Shown here in pieces: positions 1 through 10,379 of a stretch of DNA of 38,785 nucleotides (its first letter is position 1; the number at the start of each line of letters is the position of its first letter). The notes beneath the pieces are model-generated. The model saw only the letters and a program-made list of their open reading frames with translations. It was not told the origin of the DNA and made no database searches. The position numbers and the translations under genes are program-made. Location: the sequence record SRR20825019_500. One strand, 5' to 3'.

Positions 1-334
1 ACCCCATTTGCAAACCGTCCTTCTGCTCGCGAATCGGCAGCAACAAATCCTTTTCCAAGCCCCAATCGAGAAAGGAACCCACACGCGGATTCATCCCCAC
101 CACCCGCAAGGAAGCAAACTGTCCGACCATCGCCAACGGATATTCCGTTGTCGCGACCAACCGATCCTCGGAATCGCGATAGAGAAACACGTCCACGATC
201 TCCCCCGGACGCGAACCGCGCGGGATATATTTTCCGGGCAGGAGGATTTCGCCGTGTTCGCCGCCATCGAGATAATAACCCGAATCGGTTTCAAACAGGA
301 TGGTCAGCCGATTGCGTTTGCCAATCAAAGCCAT
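1..334 (-). CDS. cvfB: CvfB/YitL-family S1-domain RNA-binding protein (5' part; runs off the left edge)
   Basis: Not in the ORF track. Manual translation from ATG at 334 gives [38 protein letters not shown]...[17 protein letters not shown]...[15 protein letters not shown], open to the edge. The [13 protein letters not shown] and FLDWGLxKDL motifs are typical of CvfB. A GGGAGG SD lies just upstream. Confidence 0.85.
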   Translation of the reverse strand, partial: MALIGKRNRLTILFETDSGYYLDGGEHGEILLPGKYIPRGSRPGEIVDVFLYRDSEDRLVATTEYPLAMVGQFASLRVVGMNPRVGSFLDWGLEKDLLLPIREQKDGLQMG

Positions 335-368
335 CTGGCAACCTCCCTTGAGTCAATGTGCCCGGTCA

Positions 369-1202
369 TCATGGCAACCATGGGAATTGACTCGCGTCGG
401 GCTTACGCTTCTCACGCTGAGCACTGTGAAACTCTTTCGCCTCATCGCTCATGTAGTAAAGCATGGTCGCATTACCGGCGAGTTCCTGCAAACCGCTTTG
501 ACCGTCCACATCCGCGTTGAACGCACTTTTCAGACAACGGATCGCCAGCGGGCTGTTTTGTAAAATTTCGCGTCCCCACTTCACACCTTCATCTTCAAGT
601 TCGGCGAGCGGCACGACCTTGTTCACCATGCCCATATCTTCGGCCTCTTTCGCGCTATACTGGCGACAAAGATACCAGATTTCACGGGCCTTCTTTTGTC
701 CGACAATCCTTGCGAGATAGCTCGATCCGAAACCGCCATCGAAGCTGCCCATTTTCGGGCCGACTTGCCCGAAGATTCCATTGTCGGCCGCAATCGTCAA
801 ATCGCACACCAGATGAAGCACGTGTCCACCGCCAATCGCGTAACCCGCCACCAAGGCGATCACCACCTTGGGCATCGAGCGAATCAGTTTCTGCAGATCG
901 AGCACATTGAGTCGCGGCACGCCATCGCCGCCGACATAGCCCGCGTGACCGCGCACACTTTGATCGCCACCCGCACAAAAGGCGTATTTACCATCCGTGT
1001 GCGGCCCCGCACCGGTCAGCAACACCACGCCAATCGACTGATCTTCCCGGGCATCACAGAAAGCCTCGAACAGCTCCGAAACCGTTTCGGGACGAAACGC
1101 ATTTCGCTTCTCCGGCCGGTTAATCGTGATCTTCGCGATGCCCGCGGCCTTATGATAGAGAATGTCGGTATATTCTTTAACTGTGGTCCATTCGGTAGGC
1201 AT
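369..1202 (-). CDS. menB: 1,4-dihydroxy-2-naphthoyl-CoA synthase
   Basis: Crotonase fold with MenB motifs [31 protein letters not shown] and GSFDGGFG. Start placed at ATG 1202 (MPTEW); the ORF track opens at 1214. Confidence 0.96.
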   Translation of the reverse strand: MPTEWTTVKEYTDILYHKAAGIAKITINRPEKRNAFRPETVSELFEAFCDAREDQSIGVVLLTGAGPHTDGKYAFCAGGDQSVRGHAGYVGGDGVPRLNVLDLQKLIRSMPKVVIALVAGYAIGGGHVLHLVCDLTIAADNGIFGQVGPKMGSFDGGFGSSYLARIVGQKKAREIWYLCRQYSAKEAEDMGMVNKVVPLAELEDEGVKWGREILQNSPLAIRCLKSAFNADVDGQSGLQELAGNATMLYYMSDEAKEFHSAQREKRKPDASQFPWLP

Positions 1203-1315
1203 AGCGAACGGCAATCAAGAAGCGCCGTGGCGGCAACCACAATCACAAGGCAGGCTCGGCGTCGCAGCCATCTTTCTGCTTGGAGAATAAGACAGGATTG
1301 GCAGTGTGAGCGCCG

Positions 1316-3199
1316 ATGCAGACTCACGACAGCGGGAAACACAGCCTTGCCTGGAAGGGACTCGCCATTGGCGCTCTGGGTGTCGTGTTTGGCGATATCG
1401 GAACCAGCCCCCTCTACACCATTCGTGAGTGTATGGCCGTGCTCCCACGGGCCGAACACGCGACCGCGATTCTCGGGGTTCTCTCGCTGGTCTTCTGGTC
1501 ACTGATCATGGTCGTCAGCCTCAAATACACCATCGTCGTTTTGCGGGCCGACAACAAAGGCGAAGGGGGGATTTTCACGCTGTTATCGTTGAGCCGCATC
1601 GATAAATTGGCGAAGGGCAAACTGACCTTCGGGGTGGTGCTCGTTTTAATTGGAGCGGCCATGTTGTTGGGCGAAGCGATTATCACCCCCGCGATCACGG
1701 TGCTTTCCGCCACCGAAGGTTTTCAACTGATTTGGCCGGATGTCAGCCCTCTGGTCGTGCCGATCGCCTGTCTCATCCTGGTGGGAATTTTCGCCTTCCA
1801 ATACCGGGGCACCAAATTCATCGGCCGGATCTTCGGTCCGGTGATGTTGGTTTGGTTTTTCGTGCTCGGTAGTCTGGGGCTCTGGCATCTCGTGCAAAAC
1901 CCCGTCGTGCTCTCGGCCTTAAATCCCCTGCATGGCCTTCATCTCTTACAACATCACACGAAAGAAGCCTCAGTGCTCCTGGGGTCCGTGGTGCTGGCGG
2001 TAACCGGTGTCGAGGCACTCTATGCCGATATGGGACACTTTGGTCGCAAGGCCATTATGATCAGTTGGTATGGCGTGGTGCTCCCCGGGCTCACGCTGAA
2101 TTACTTCGGCCAGGGCGCCTACGTGCTTTCTCATGCGGGACACGTCGAAAATCCCTTTCTCGCCATGGCCCCGGAAGGACCGTTGCGCTACGGCTTATTG
2201 GCACTGTCGTTTCTCGCGGCGATTGTCGCCAGCCAAGCACTCATCTCCGGAGCCTATTCACTCGTGAGACAGGCCGTGCAACTCGGCTACTTTCCGCGAC
2301 TCACCGTGAGACATACCAACGCCGAACAATCGGGGCAAATTTACTTACCACTCGTGAACGTGACTCTGGCGATCGGATCGATCGCGATGGTAATCGGTTT
2401 TAAGTCGAGTTCCGCCCTCGCCGCGGCTTACGGGATCGCGGTCACCGCAACCATGATTGTGACGACACTGACTCTTTTTGTCGTCATGCGTCGTGCCTGG
2501 AAATGGTCACTCTGGAAAGCGCTGCCACTCTGCGGCCTGTTCTTATCCATCGATGTCGTCTTCTTCTCTTCCAATCTGCATAAATTCTTCGATGGCGGTT
2601 GGCTTCCCATCATCATCGCCATCGGCGTGCTCGCGATTATGACCACCTGGAAAAAGGGCAAATACGTCATCATGAAAAAGATCTACGCCAATGAGATCAC
2701 CGAATCGGAACTCAAAGGCATTGCGTCCAGTAAACACATCACACGGGTCAAAGGCACCGGCGTATTCATGGCCGGTAATCCGAAAGGAACGCCTCTGGTT
2801 TTACTCCATCATGTGAAGGCCAATAAGGTTCTGCACGAAACCGTAATCCTGCTCAGTGTGCTGACCGAAGATGCCCCCTATGTCAGTTTGAATGATCGCG
2901 TGGAAGTTTCGGAAATTGGCCACGGAGTATGGCGGGTCATCGGGAGATATGGCTATATGGAGTCCCCTGACGTTGAGGGACTGATCGGACGGATCGCTGA
3001 ACTGGGCGTGGAACTCAACTCCACGGCCGCGACTTACTACTTCAATCGGGAAATGATCATCACCGGCGGTGACACTCCCATGTTCGAATGGCAGAAGCAC
3101 TTTTACGGCTTCCTCAGCCGCAATGCACGACAGGCCCGCGATTATTATCAACTGCCACCCACGCAAATCATCGAGGTGGGATTACCGATCCAACTCTAG
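1316..3199 (+). CDS. kup: KUP/HAK/KT family potassium uptake transporter
   Basis: GVVFGDIGTSPLY, ADNKGEGG and EALYADMGHFG motifs; many hydrophobic segments followed by a soluble C-terminal domain; 627 aa. Confidence 0.96.
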   Translation: MQTHDSGKHSLAWKGLAIGALGVVFGDIGTSPLYTIRECMAVLPRAEHATAILGVLSLVFWSLIMVVSLKYTIVVLRADNKGEGGIFTLLSLSRIDKLAKGKLTFGVVLVLIGAAMLLGEAIITPAITVLSATEGFQLIWPDVSPLVVPIACLILVGIFAFQYRGTKFIGRIFGPVMLVWFFVLGSLGLWHLVQNPVVLSALNPLHGLHLLQHHTKEASVLLGSVVLAVTGVEALYADMGHFGRKAIMISWYGVVLPGLTLNYFGQGAYVLSHAGHVENPFLAMAPEGPLRYGLLALSFLAAIVASQALISGAYSLVRQAVQLGYFPRLTVRHTNAEQSGQIYLPLVNVTLAIGSIAMVIGFKSSSALAAAYGIAVTATMIVTTLTLFVVMRRAWKWSLWKALPLCGLFLSIDVVFFSSNLHKFFDGGWLPIIIAIGVLAIMTTWKKGKYVIMKKIYANEITESELKGIASSKHITRVKGTGVFMAGNPKGTPLVLLHHVKANKVLHETVILLSVLTEDAPYVSLNDRVEVSEIGHGVWRVIGRYGYMESPDVEGLIGRIAELGVELNSTAATYYFNREMIITGGDTPMFEWQKHFYGFLSRNARQARDYYQLPPTQIIEVGLPIQL

Positions 3200-3201
3200 C
3201 C

Positions 3202-3639
3202 ATGTCCGACGCTCCCCTTTTTCGCACCCTCATGATCGAAGATTACGATCAGGTATGTGAACTCTGGAAACAGACCGAAGGCATCGGTCTCAACGAATCA
3301 GATAGCCGATGCGCCATCACACTGTTTCTGGATCGAAATCCCGGTCTCAGTCTCGTCGTCCATACCGAAGAAAATGAGATCATTGGCGCGGTCCTTTGCG
3401 GACATGATGGAAGACGCGGTTATTTACATCATCTCGCTGTCAAAAAATCAGCCCGTGGACGCGGCTTGGGAGCCGGACTCGTCGATCGGTGTCTGGCTCA
3501 ATTGCGGGAGATCGGCATTAATAAAACCAACATTTTTCTCTATGCCGACCATACCGAGGGGCGGTCCTTTTGGGAACATCAACGCTGGCAGCATCGGGAC
3601 GATCTTATCGTCATGCAGCGAGGGGAAAGCGGCTGTTAA
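3202..3639 (+). CDS. GNAT family N-acetyltransferase
   Basis: ATG 2 nt after the kup stop (MSDAPLFR). GHDGRRGYLHHLAV followed by the acetyl-CoA motif ARGRGLG. Confidence 0.9.
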   Translation: MSDAPLFRTLMIEDYDQVCELWKQTEGIGLNESDSRCAITLFLDRNPGLSLVVHTEENEIIGAVLCGHDGRRGYLHHLAVKKSARGRGLGAGLVDRCLAQLREIGINKTNIFLYADHTEGRSFWEHQRWQHRDDLIVMQRGESGC

Positions 3640-5370
3640 TCAACCCAACTGCGCCGCAGCCTGAACGAATAGTTTTTTTCGAAACGCGGCATCGCGCTTC
3701 CGATCCGTCGTCACTTCGAGCACGCGGATCCCTTGATTCGGCAATTGCTTCGTCAACTCGCTGAGATGCGAAAGATCACGCACTGCAATGTGCTCGATCT
3801 GATGAGCGCCACAGAGCTGGGCGAAATCCACCGATTGCGGAGTGGCAAAGTATTCCTCAAATGGCGGGTTATGCTGCGCCACCGGCAGGTGCTCGAATAT
3901 ACCGCCGCCGTTGTTGTTGATGAGAACCACGGTCAATGAACCGACGAATTTCTCACGCAGTAGCAGCCCGTTACTATCATGCAAGAATGCCAGATCACCG
4001 GTCAGCAACACACTGGCCTGTTTGCGATGCGCGATACCCAACGCGGTGGATAACGTGCCGTCGATCCCGTTGGCTCCACGATTGAAATACATCCGCACGC
4101 CTTTAGCGGATACCGGCCAGAAATACTCGACGTCCCTGATCGCCATACTACTGGCCACGTAAAGCGGAGTGTTCTCCGGTAGGCTGAGTCCCAGCGAACC
4201 AGCGATATCGCCTTCAAAATTAGCATGCGGACGAGAGGTCTCCGTCAGCGCTCGGCTCACGATCTCATCCGCTTCCCGCCAGAGATGAGCGTATGCCGTA
4301 TCGGCGGATTTTTTCGGAGCACTGGCCAGCATCTCGACCGGAACCCGCATGTGTCGGGTGCGGCCATGCAGGCAATCGCGGTTATCGATTCGTTCCGTCA
4401 CCAGCACGATCTCCGCCCCACTCTGCTCCAGCCAGCCACGCAGCACCTTGCTCGTCGGCCAACTACCGAGGCACAGAACGGTGCGAGGCACGAGTTCACG
4501 GGCCATCTTCTCGTTGCGCAGGATCGAATCGTAAGATCCGACCACCACCGCTTCGCCAGTTGGAAAATGTCGAAGCGGCGAAACGCCATCCGCTAAAATC
4601 GGCCACCCCAGACTCACACTGAGTTTACTGACAACTTCGGCATAATGCCTAGAATCGCGGCTCAATTCCGGTCCAGCGACAATCAGTCCGCGGGCGGTGG
4701 TCGGTCGTTGCCAGACCTTGCTTTCCCGCATCCCCGCAAAATCAGTGGGCGCGAGGTGGTCAAAAAACGTCTCGTCAATCTCACCATCAGCTGAAACCGG
4801 ATTCCCCTTCGTTGGCGGCACCAAGGGATCACGGAAAGGCACATTGAGATGCACGACGCCAGATTGCGGAATCTGAGAACGCTCGACGGCATGGGCGATC
4901 GTCTGCCGCAAGTAGCGCAACATTTCCACCGTCACACCGGGCACGGCCAGTTCGTGGTAAAACGCCACATAACCGCCAAAGATCTTCTGTTGATCAATCG
5001 TCTGCCCCGAGGCACAGGCACGCATCTCCGGTGGGCGATCCGCCGTCAGCACAATGAGCGGCGCACCACTTTCCGAGGCTTCCACAATTGCCGGAAGATA
5101 ATTGGCGGCCGCCGATCCGGAAGTGCAGACCAAGACCACCGGCTGGCCGGATTGGCGCGCCAGTCCCAAGGCGAAAAAACCTGCAGAACGTTCATCGAGC
5201 ACCGGGATCGCTTCGATCTTTTCATGCGCTGCGAATGCCAGTGTCAGCGGAGTCGAGCGCGATCCGGGCGAGACCACACATTGAGCAACTCCCGTTCGCA
5301 CCATTGTCTCCACCAACACACTCGCCCAGAGCGAGTTTTCAGTCCGGCAATCGAGCGCAATCGAGCTCAT
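3640..5370 (-). CDS. menD: SEPHCHC synthase (2-succinyl-5-enolpyruvyl-6-hydroxy-3-cyclohexene-1-carboxylate synthase)
   Basis: SPGSRSTPL, DERSAGFFALG, TADRP, NRGANGIDG, and the ThDP motif GDLAFLHD...NNNGGGIF. Confidence 0.96.
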   Translation of the reverse strand: MSSIALDCRTENSLWASVLVETMVRTGVAQCVVSPGSRSTPLTLAFAAHEKIEAIPVLDERSAGFFALGLARQSGQPVVLVCTSGSAAANYLPAIVEASESGAPLIVLTADRPPEMRACASGQTIDQQKIFGGYVAFYHELAVPGVTVEMLRYLRQTIAHAVERSQIPQSGVVHLNVPFRDPLVPPTKGNPVSADGEIDETFFDHLAPTDFAGMRESKVWQRPTTARGLIVAGPELSRDSRHYAEVVSKLSVSLGWPILADGVSPLRHFPTGEAVVVGSYDSILRNEKMARELVPRTVLCLGSWPTSKVLRGWLEQSGAEIVLVTERIDNRDCLHGRTRHMRVPVEMLASAPKKSADTAYAHLWREADEIVSRALTETSRPHANFEGDIAGSLGLSLPENTPLYVASSMAIRDVEYFWPVSAKGVRMYFNRGANGIDGTLSTALGIAHRKQASVLLTGDLAFLHDSNGLLLREKFVGSLTVVLINNNGGGIFEHLPVAQHNPPFEEYFATPQSVDFAQLCGAHQIEHIAVRDLSHLSELTKQLPNQGIRVLEVTTDRKRDAAFRKKLFVQAAAQLG

Positions 5371-6794
5371 GATTCAAACAGAGCCTCCTCCATCGCCTTG
5401 AATTTCAATTCGGTTTCCTCGAGTTCCTTTTCAGGTTCGGAGCCGGCGACGATCCCCGCGCCGGCATAGAGTCGGGCCATTTTACCTTCGATCAGAGCCG
5501 ACCGCAGTCCCACAAAAAACTCGCCATTGCCCCGACTATCCACCCATCCCAGAGCGCCGGCATAAAGCCCGCGCGCGAAATGCTCGGTCGATCGAATCCC
5601 CGCCAGCGCCGCTTCACGGGGGACTCCCCCCACGGCCGGAGTCGGATGCAGGCGTGAGATCACATCGAGTAAACGCACCCCCACCGGCATCGCGGTTTTA
5701 ACGGGTGTGTGCAGGTGTTGCACGTTGGCCAGCTGTCGCAGCTCCGGAGTTTCCGGATAGCTCAACTGCAATCCAAGCGGTCGAATACGCCGCAGAATCG
5801 AATCGAGCACCAGGCGATGCTCTCGCAAATCCTTTTCGCTGCGCAGCAATGACTGCCCGAGTTCCCGATCCTCCGACTCGGTCTCACCCCGTTTGGTCGA
5901 TCCGGCCAACGCTTCGGTCGTGAGCATGCCACCGTAACCGCGGACCAATCGCTCCGGACTTGCGCCAATAAAGCTCGGTCCCTCACCATTCGCCACGGAG
6001 AACGCAAAGCACTCCGGAAACCGCTTACGCAAGCCATCCAGAGCACGCAACGGATGCAGCGGTTCGTCGGCCACGAGATCCTTGGCGCGCGCGAGAACGA
6101 TCTTATCAAATTCACCGGCGGCGATGCGATCCACCATCCGTTGCACCGACTCGCGATAGTGATCCGCACTGCTCACCTCACTCAAAGTGATCCGGGGGCT
6201 TTCACCTTCCGAAGTGAAGATTTTCTCGGAATAGGAAAACTCGCCGAATTTCGAATGCGCGCGCCAAACTTTCTCCGCCACTGCCGCGACATCAGTATCT
6301 TCATCAATAACCAAATTCGCGACCGCCACGGTGTGTTCCCCTTTGGTCGCTACCTGCCACCGCGGCACAAAAATACTCGCGGAGGGAAACGCCAGATCCG
6401 ACGACACTTCATCAAAGAAGGAAAACGCCGTGAAGAAATGTGGTCCGGAAAACGGCACGCCCTGATCACCGACAATGATCGCGTTCGCCAGCACGTCATC
6501 GACGAAGGCCTGGCAGTCCTCGAAACGCGACGGTCCGCTGGCGGTGAACTCGAGCACCGCTTCGGCACCGGCAATCGCAAGATGCTCTGCCGGGCGCTCG
6601 ACATAAAAATGCCGCTCATCCGATTCGAAGATCGAACCGAGCACCGCCAACGGATCGAGCGAATCAACTTCCAGTGATATGCTAACGAGTTGCTGCCGGT
6701 GAAACCGACGCGCGGGTTCCTGACATTTTTCCAGAAAACTACGGAGGGCTTCCGAGCTCTGATTTTCGGCAGGATCGAGCGAAACGAGATTCAC
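5367..6794 (-). CDS. menF: Isochorismate synthase (menaquinone-specific by context)
   Basis: Chorismate-binding motifs KIVLAR, GASPERL, ALAGS, HPTPAVGG and YAGAGIV. 4-nt overlap with menD; GTG start. Confidence 0.9.
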   Translation of the reverse strand: MNLVSLDPAENQSSEALRSFLEKCQEPARRFHRQQLVSISLEVDSLDPLAVLGSIFESDERHFYVERPAEHLAIAGAEAVLEFTASGPSRFEDCQAFVDDVLANAIIVGDQGVPFSGPHFFTAFSFFDEVSSDLAFPSASIFVPRWQVATKGEHTVAVANLVIDEDTDVAAVAEKVWRAHSKFGEFSYSEKIFTSEGESPRITLSEVSSADHYRESVQRMVDRIAAGEFDKIVLARAKDLVADEPLHPLRALDGLRKRFPECFAFSVANGEGPSFIGASPERLVRGYGGMLTTEALAGSTKRGETESEDRELGQSLLRSEKDLREHRLVLDSILRRIRPLGLQLSYPETPELRQLANVQHLHTPVKTAMPVGVRLLDVISRLHPTPAVGGVPREAALAGIRSTEHFARGLYAGALGWVDSRGNGEFFVGLRSALIEGKMARLYAGAGIVAGSEPEKELEETELKFKAMEEALFES

Positions 6795-6796
6795 GA

Positions 6797-8335
6797 TTAG
6801 GCGTTGGGTTTATCGGCAGGCTGAATACGCGGAAAGAGCACCAGACTCTTTTCAACCGGAAGAGTCGCGAGACGGCCATCCCAAGCCAGTTCGTCGGCCC
6901 AAACCGCCCCCGACGTGTAGCCCAGCACCGCGTGAATTCTTTCGGTCACGCCCGGTGTCACCGGTTGCAACAGCGTCGCAGCCAACCGCAGTGATTCGGC
7001 CATCGTCGCCAAGGCCGTGCGCAAGAGGACCTGATCCGCGTCTTCGGTGGATTTGCCAAGCTTCCAGGGTGCCCGCTTCTCAACGTAGGCATTGGTCGCG
7101 GTCACAAAACTCATCGTGCGCTCCAGCGCCGTGCTAAACTGGAAGGTCTCCCAAAGCGCGATCACCTCGGTCTGGGTTGAGGTCCAGAGCGCCTTCAACT
7201 CGGTTTCCTCCGCTTCATCAGGACCGGCCACGGGAATCTTTGCATCCGCAAAACGATTGGTCATGTTGAGCGTGCGGTTCACGAGATTGCCGAGATTGTT
7301 CGCGAGTTCGGAGTTATAGCGTGCCTGGAACTGGTAGTCCGAAAAGACACTGTCCTGCCCCACGGTCATTTCGCGCATCATAAAGTAACGCAGCGCATCG
7401 ACTCCGTATTGCTCCACGAACGCCACGGGCTCGACCACATTGCCCGTGCTCTTGGACATCTTGTCGCCATTGATCGACCACCAACCATGCGCGATGATCC
7501 CACGCGGCAATTCGATCCCGGCCGCCTTTAGCATAATCGGCCAGTAAACCGCATGCGGTGGCACGAGAATATCCTTACCAATCACATGATAGGAGGCCGG
7601 CCAGACGCCGGGTTTGTCCGCCACCGCGGAATAGTAATTTACGAGCGCATCAAACCACACGTAGGTCACATATTCCTCGTCGAACGGCAGCGGGATCCCC
7701 CATTCGAGGCGTTCCTTGGGACGCGAGATACAGAGATCGTTCAACGGTTCCTTCAGGAATTCGAGCACCTGCTTCTGGCGGAACTTAGGGAAAATGAAAT
7801 TTTCATTTTCCGTGAGAAAATCGACCAGCCACTGTTGGTAGTTCTTCAGCTTGAAGAAATAATTCGATTCGGTGATCTCGGTGACTTCTCCGAAGAGTTC
7901 CGGCCAGGTGCCGTCTTCGTTGCGATCCTTGTTTTGGAGAAACTGCTCCTGACGCGTGGAATAGAAGCCCTGATACTCGGCTTTGTAGATTTCGCCCTTG
8001 TCGAAGAGCTGCTGCAGGATCGTCCGGACGACTTTTTTATGCCGCTCCTCGGTGGTGCGGATAAAATCGTTGTTGGAGATATTCAATTTGGGCAGAATCG
8101 CCCGAAATTCGGCACTGGTCTCATCGCAAAATTGCTGAGCGGGGATGCCCTTCTTTTGAGCACTTTGCTGCACTTTCTGGCCGTGTTCGTCCACGCCGGT
8201 CAGAAAATACACGTCATCTCCCATCATTCGCCGAACTCGGGCAATAACGTCCGTCAGCACCTTTTCGTAGGCATGGCCCAGGTGCGGAGAACCGTTTACA
8301 TAGTCGATCGCAGTTGTGATGTAGAATGACTTCAT
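6797..8335 (-). CDS. metG: Methionyl-tRNA synthetase (short form without the C-terminal tRNA-binding domain)
   Basis: YITTAIDYVNGSPHLGH, TGVDEHGQK, YVWFDAL and KMSKS motifs; 512 aa. Confidence 0.96.
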   Translation of the reverse strand: MKSFYITTAIDYVNGSPHLGHAYEKVLTDVIARVRRMMGDDVYFLTGVDEHGQKVQQSAQKKGIPAQQFCDETSAEFRAILPKLNISNNDFIRTTEERHKKVVRTILQQLFDKGEIYKAEYQGFYSTRQEQFLQNKDRNEDGTWPELFGEVTEITESNYFFKLKNYQQWLVDFLTENENFIFPKFRQKQVLEFLKEPLNDLCISRPKERLEWGIPLPFDEEYVTYVWFDALVNYYSAVADKPGVWPASYHVIGKDILVPPHAVYWPIMLKAAGIELPRGIIAHGWWSINGDKMSKSTGNVVEPVAFVEQYGVDALRYFMMREMTVGQDSVFSDYQFQARYNSELANNLGNLVNRTLNMTNRFADAKIPVAGPDEAEETELKALWTSTQTEVIALWETFQFSTALERTMSFVTATNAYVEKRAPWKLGKSTEDADQVLLRTALATMAESLRLAATLLQPVTPGVTERIHAVLGYTSGAVWADELAWDGRLATLPVEKSLVLFPRIQPADKPNA

Positions 8336-8460
8336 AGCAGAGCTGGCTAACCAAAACGCCCGGGCGGCAAATGTCGAAAGTTTTGCTAAAGGTTCGCCTG
8401 CACCGAAATCGGTTTGCTTGTCCTGCCTCTGGATCCATCTTCAGAACGACTCCCTTTCCG

Positions 8461-9711
8461 ATGTCCAGCTTTGCCCGTTTAATCGGCCTCGCGGTCGTAA
8501 TCCTCCTCTTTTTCCTCGTGACCGCCTTGATCGCCCAAGGCTGGCTCGAGCGGGAACACCGGCGCGTGCAGAACGAGGCCACGGAGACCCGACGGCAGCA
8601 ATTCCGCGCCGCCGTGGAACTGATTGGCAAACATTCCGGCCTGAACGGACCTCAGCAACTCACCGCCGTGGGCGATCTCATCGACGCCACGATTACCTTG
8701 AAACCCGCTGACAGCCCTCTGCCCGTGACCACGTCAACGCAGATTGCTTTCCGTGAACCCTGGCCGGAGGCATCCGGTCAATACGCGATCATCACTTATC
8801 AACTCCCTCGCGTCGCCCAACTCGGCCTGCTCCACGGACGCACTTGGGGCCTACTGTTAATTGGCGCCCTCATCGCCTTGTTTTCGTTTATTCTCCTCGG
8901 GATTTTCTTCAATCGCCGGTCGTCCGGCAGCGGAGGAAGCCGCGCGCCTTGGGCCACGGTGCGATCCGAGATGAATAGTCTGGAGCAAATCGCCAAAGCT
9001 TCGGCCGATCGTGGCGATATGCTCGCCAGGGAACGCGACGGTCGCAAACGCATCGAGGAAAATCTCACCCTCACTCAGCAACTCCAGACCCAGGTCCTCG
9101 AAGAGAAGATCCGACTCGGCCGGGATTTACACGATGATGTGATTCAATCGCTCTATGCCGTGGGTCTTACGCTGGAGGCTGCCCGGGTTTCCCTCCCCGC
9201 TGATCCCGAGGCCGCTGATCAACGACTCCAACAATGTCTGGATGGGCTCAACGCAAGTATCCGCGATGTGCGGGGTTACATCAAAGGTCTGTCGCCGGAA
9301 AAGCTGCGGCAGCGCAATTTCACCTCGGCTGTCAACACGCTCGCCAATGAATTGGAAGCGGGACGAAAGATCGCGTGGGAACAGATCATCGACGAGGAAG
9401 CCGCCGCCGCCCTCAGTTTCGATCAAACGACCGAGGCCCTCCAGATCACCCGCGAGGCGATCAGCAATGCGCTGCGCCATGGTGAAGCTGATCAAATCAC
9501 GGTTCGCTTGCACCGCAACGATTCCGAAGTGGGGCTATTGATCAGCGACAATGGTCACGGTTTCCAGCCCGGGAAAACGGCCGGCGAAGGCCACGGACTC
9601 TTTAATATGCAAGGACGGGCGAAACAGGCCGGCGCGACCTTGCGCATCGACAGCGCACCGGAAAGCGGCACACGTATTATCATCACGTTTCCCGTATCTC
9701 CGATTACCTGA
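8461..9711 (+). CDS. Membrane sensor histidine kinase, HisKA_3 (NarX/DosS-like) class
   Basis: Two TM segments flank a ~110-aa extracytoplasmic loop. H-box RLGRDLHDDVIQ, N-box REAISNALRHG, G-boxes DNGHGF and GHGLFNM. Start placed at ATG 8461; TGATG overlap with the regulator. Confidence 0.92.
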   Translation: MSSFARLIGLAVVILLFFLVTALIAQGWLEREHRRVQNEATETRRQQFRAAVELIGKHSGLNGPQQLTAVGDLIDATITLKPADSPLPVTTSTQIAFREPWPEASGQYAIITYQLPRVAQLGLLHGRTWGLLLIGALIALFSFILLGIFFNRRSSGSGGSRAPWATVRSEMNSLEQIAKASADRGDMLARERDGRKRIEENLTLTQQLQTQVLEEKIRLGRDLHDDVIQSLYAVGLTLEAARVSLPADPEAADQRLQQCLDGLNASIRDVRGYIKGLSPEKLRQRNFTSAVNTLANELEAGRKIAWEQIIDEEAAAALSFDQTTEALQITREAISNALRHGEADQITVRLHRNDSEVGLLISDNGHGFQPGKTAGEGHGLFNMQGRAKQAGATLRIDSAPESGTRIIITFPVSPIT

Positions 9712-10364
9712 TGAGCCAAACTGATCTCAAACTCCTGCTGGTAGACGACAGCGAAGTCGTGCGAATGGGCCTGCGGGCCCTCCTCGGTGCCGCGGCCGGT
9801 TTCAATGTGATCGGCGAAGCCGACAGTGTGAAGACGGCCGTGCAAGCCAGTCGGGAGCTGAAACCCGACGTCATCCTGCTCGATCTCCATTTACCCGATG
9901 GCACTGGCCTTGGAGCCTGTCGGCAGATTTTGCTGCACAGTCCCGATTCACGCATTCTGGTGCTCACTTCGGAAGCTGATGAACGGCTCGTGGATCAGGC
10001 GATCCGCGCAGGAGCCCACGGTTACCTCCTGAAGGAAATCAACGCCCAGGCGCTCATCCAAGCGATCCGCGACGTGGCCGAGGGCAAATCCATTCTCGAT
10101 CCATCGGTCACGGCGCGAGTCATGCAGCTGGTCAAATCCAACGGACAAGGCGAGGAAACCTCGCTTTCCACGCTCTCCCCCCAGGAACATCGCGTGCTGG
10201 CCCTGATCGCCAAGGGACAAACCAACAAGGAAGTCGCGGCTCAACTCGGTCTGGCCGAGAAAACCGTGAAGAATTACCTCAGCACCGTGTTTGAAAAGCT
10301 CCATGTCAGCCGACGGTCCCAAGCCGCCGCGCTCTATGCGCAGCAAATGAATCAGCGACCATAG
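9711..10364 (+). CDS. NarL/LuxR-family response regulator, DosR/DevR-like
   Basis: REC domain (LVDD, LLDLHLPD, LTS, GYLLK) plus a LuxR HTH (LSPQEHRVLALIAKGQTNKEVAAQLGLAEKTVKNY). Confidence 0.95.
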   Translation: MSQTDLKLLLVDDSEVVRMGLRALLGAAAGFNVIGEADSVKTAVQASRELKPDVILLDLHLPDGTGLGACRQILLHSPDSRILVLTSEADERLVDQAIRAGAHGYLLKEINAQALIQAIRDVAEGKSILDPSVTARVMQLVKSNGQGEETSLSTLSPQEHRVLALIAKGQTNKEVAAQLGLAEKTVKNYLSTVFEKLHVSRRSQAAALYAQQMNQRP

Positions 10365-10379
10365 GGCCGTTTGGCCCTA
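10362..10379. promoter_or_regulatory. 18-bp palindrome TAGGGCC-GTTT-GGCCCTA, candidate DosR-type regulator box (partial copies at 10387-10393 and 10399-10416)
   Basis: Perfect 7-bp arms. GGGnC...GnCCC spacing matches the DosR box. No U-tract on either side. Lies just upstream of the pilin cassette. Confidence 0.6.

Noticed and set aside
1-334. Expected menC downstream of menB
   Set aside because: Manual translation gives CvfB/S1 motifs, not an enolase-superfamily sequence.
348-358. TTGAGTCAATG present here and at 33123-33133, both upstream of minus-strand genes
   Set aside because: Only two copies of an 11-mer, explainable as a TTGACT -35-like hexamer or chance.
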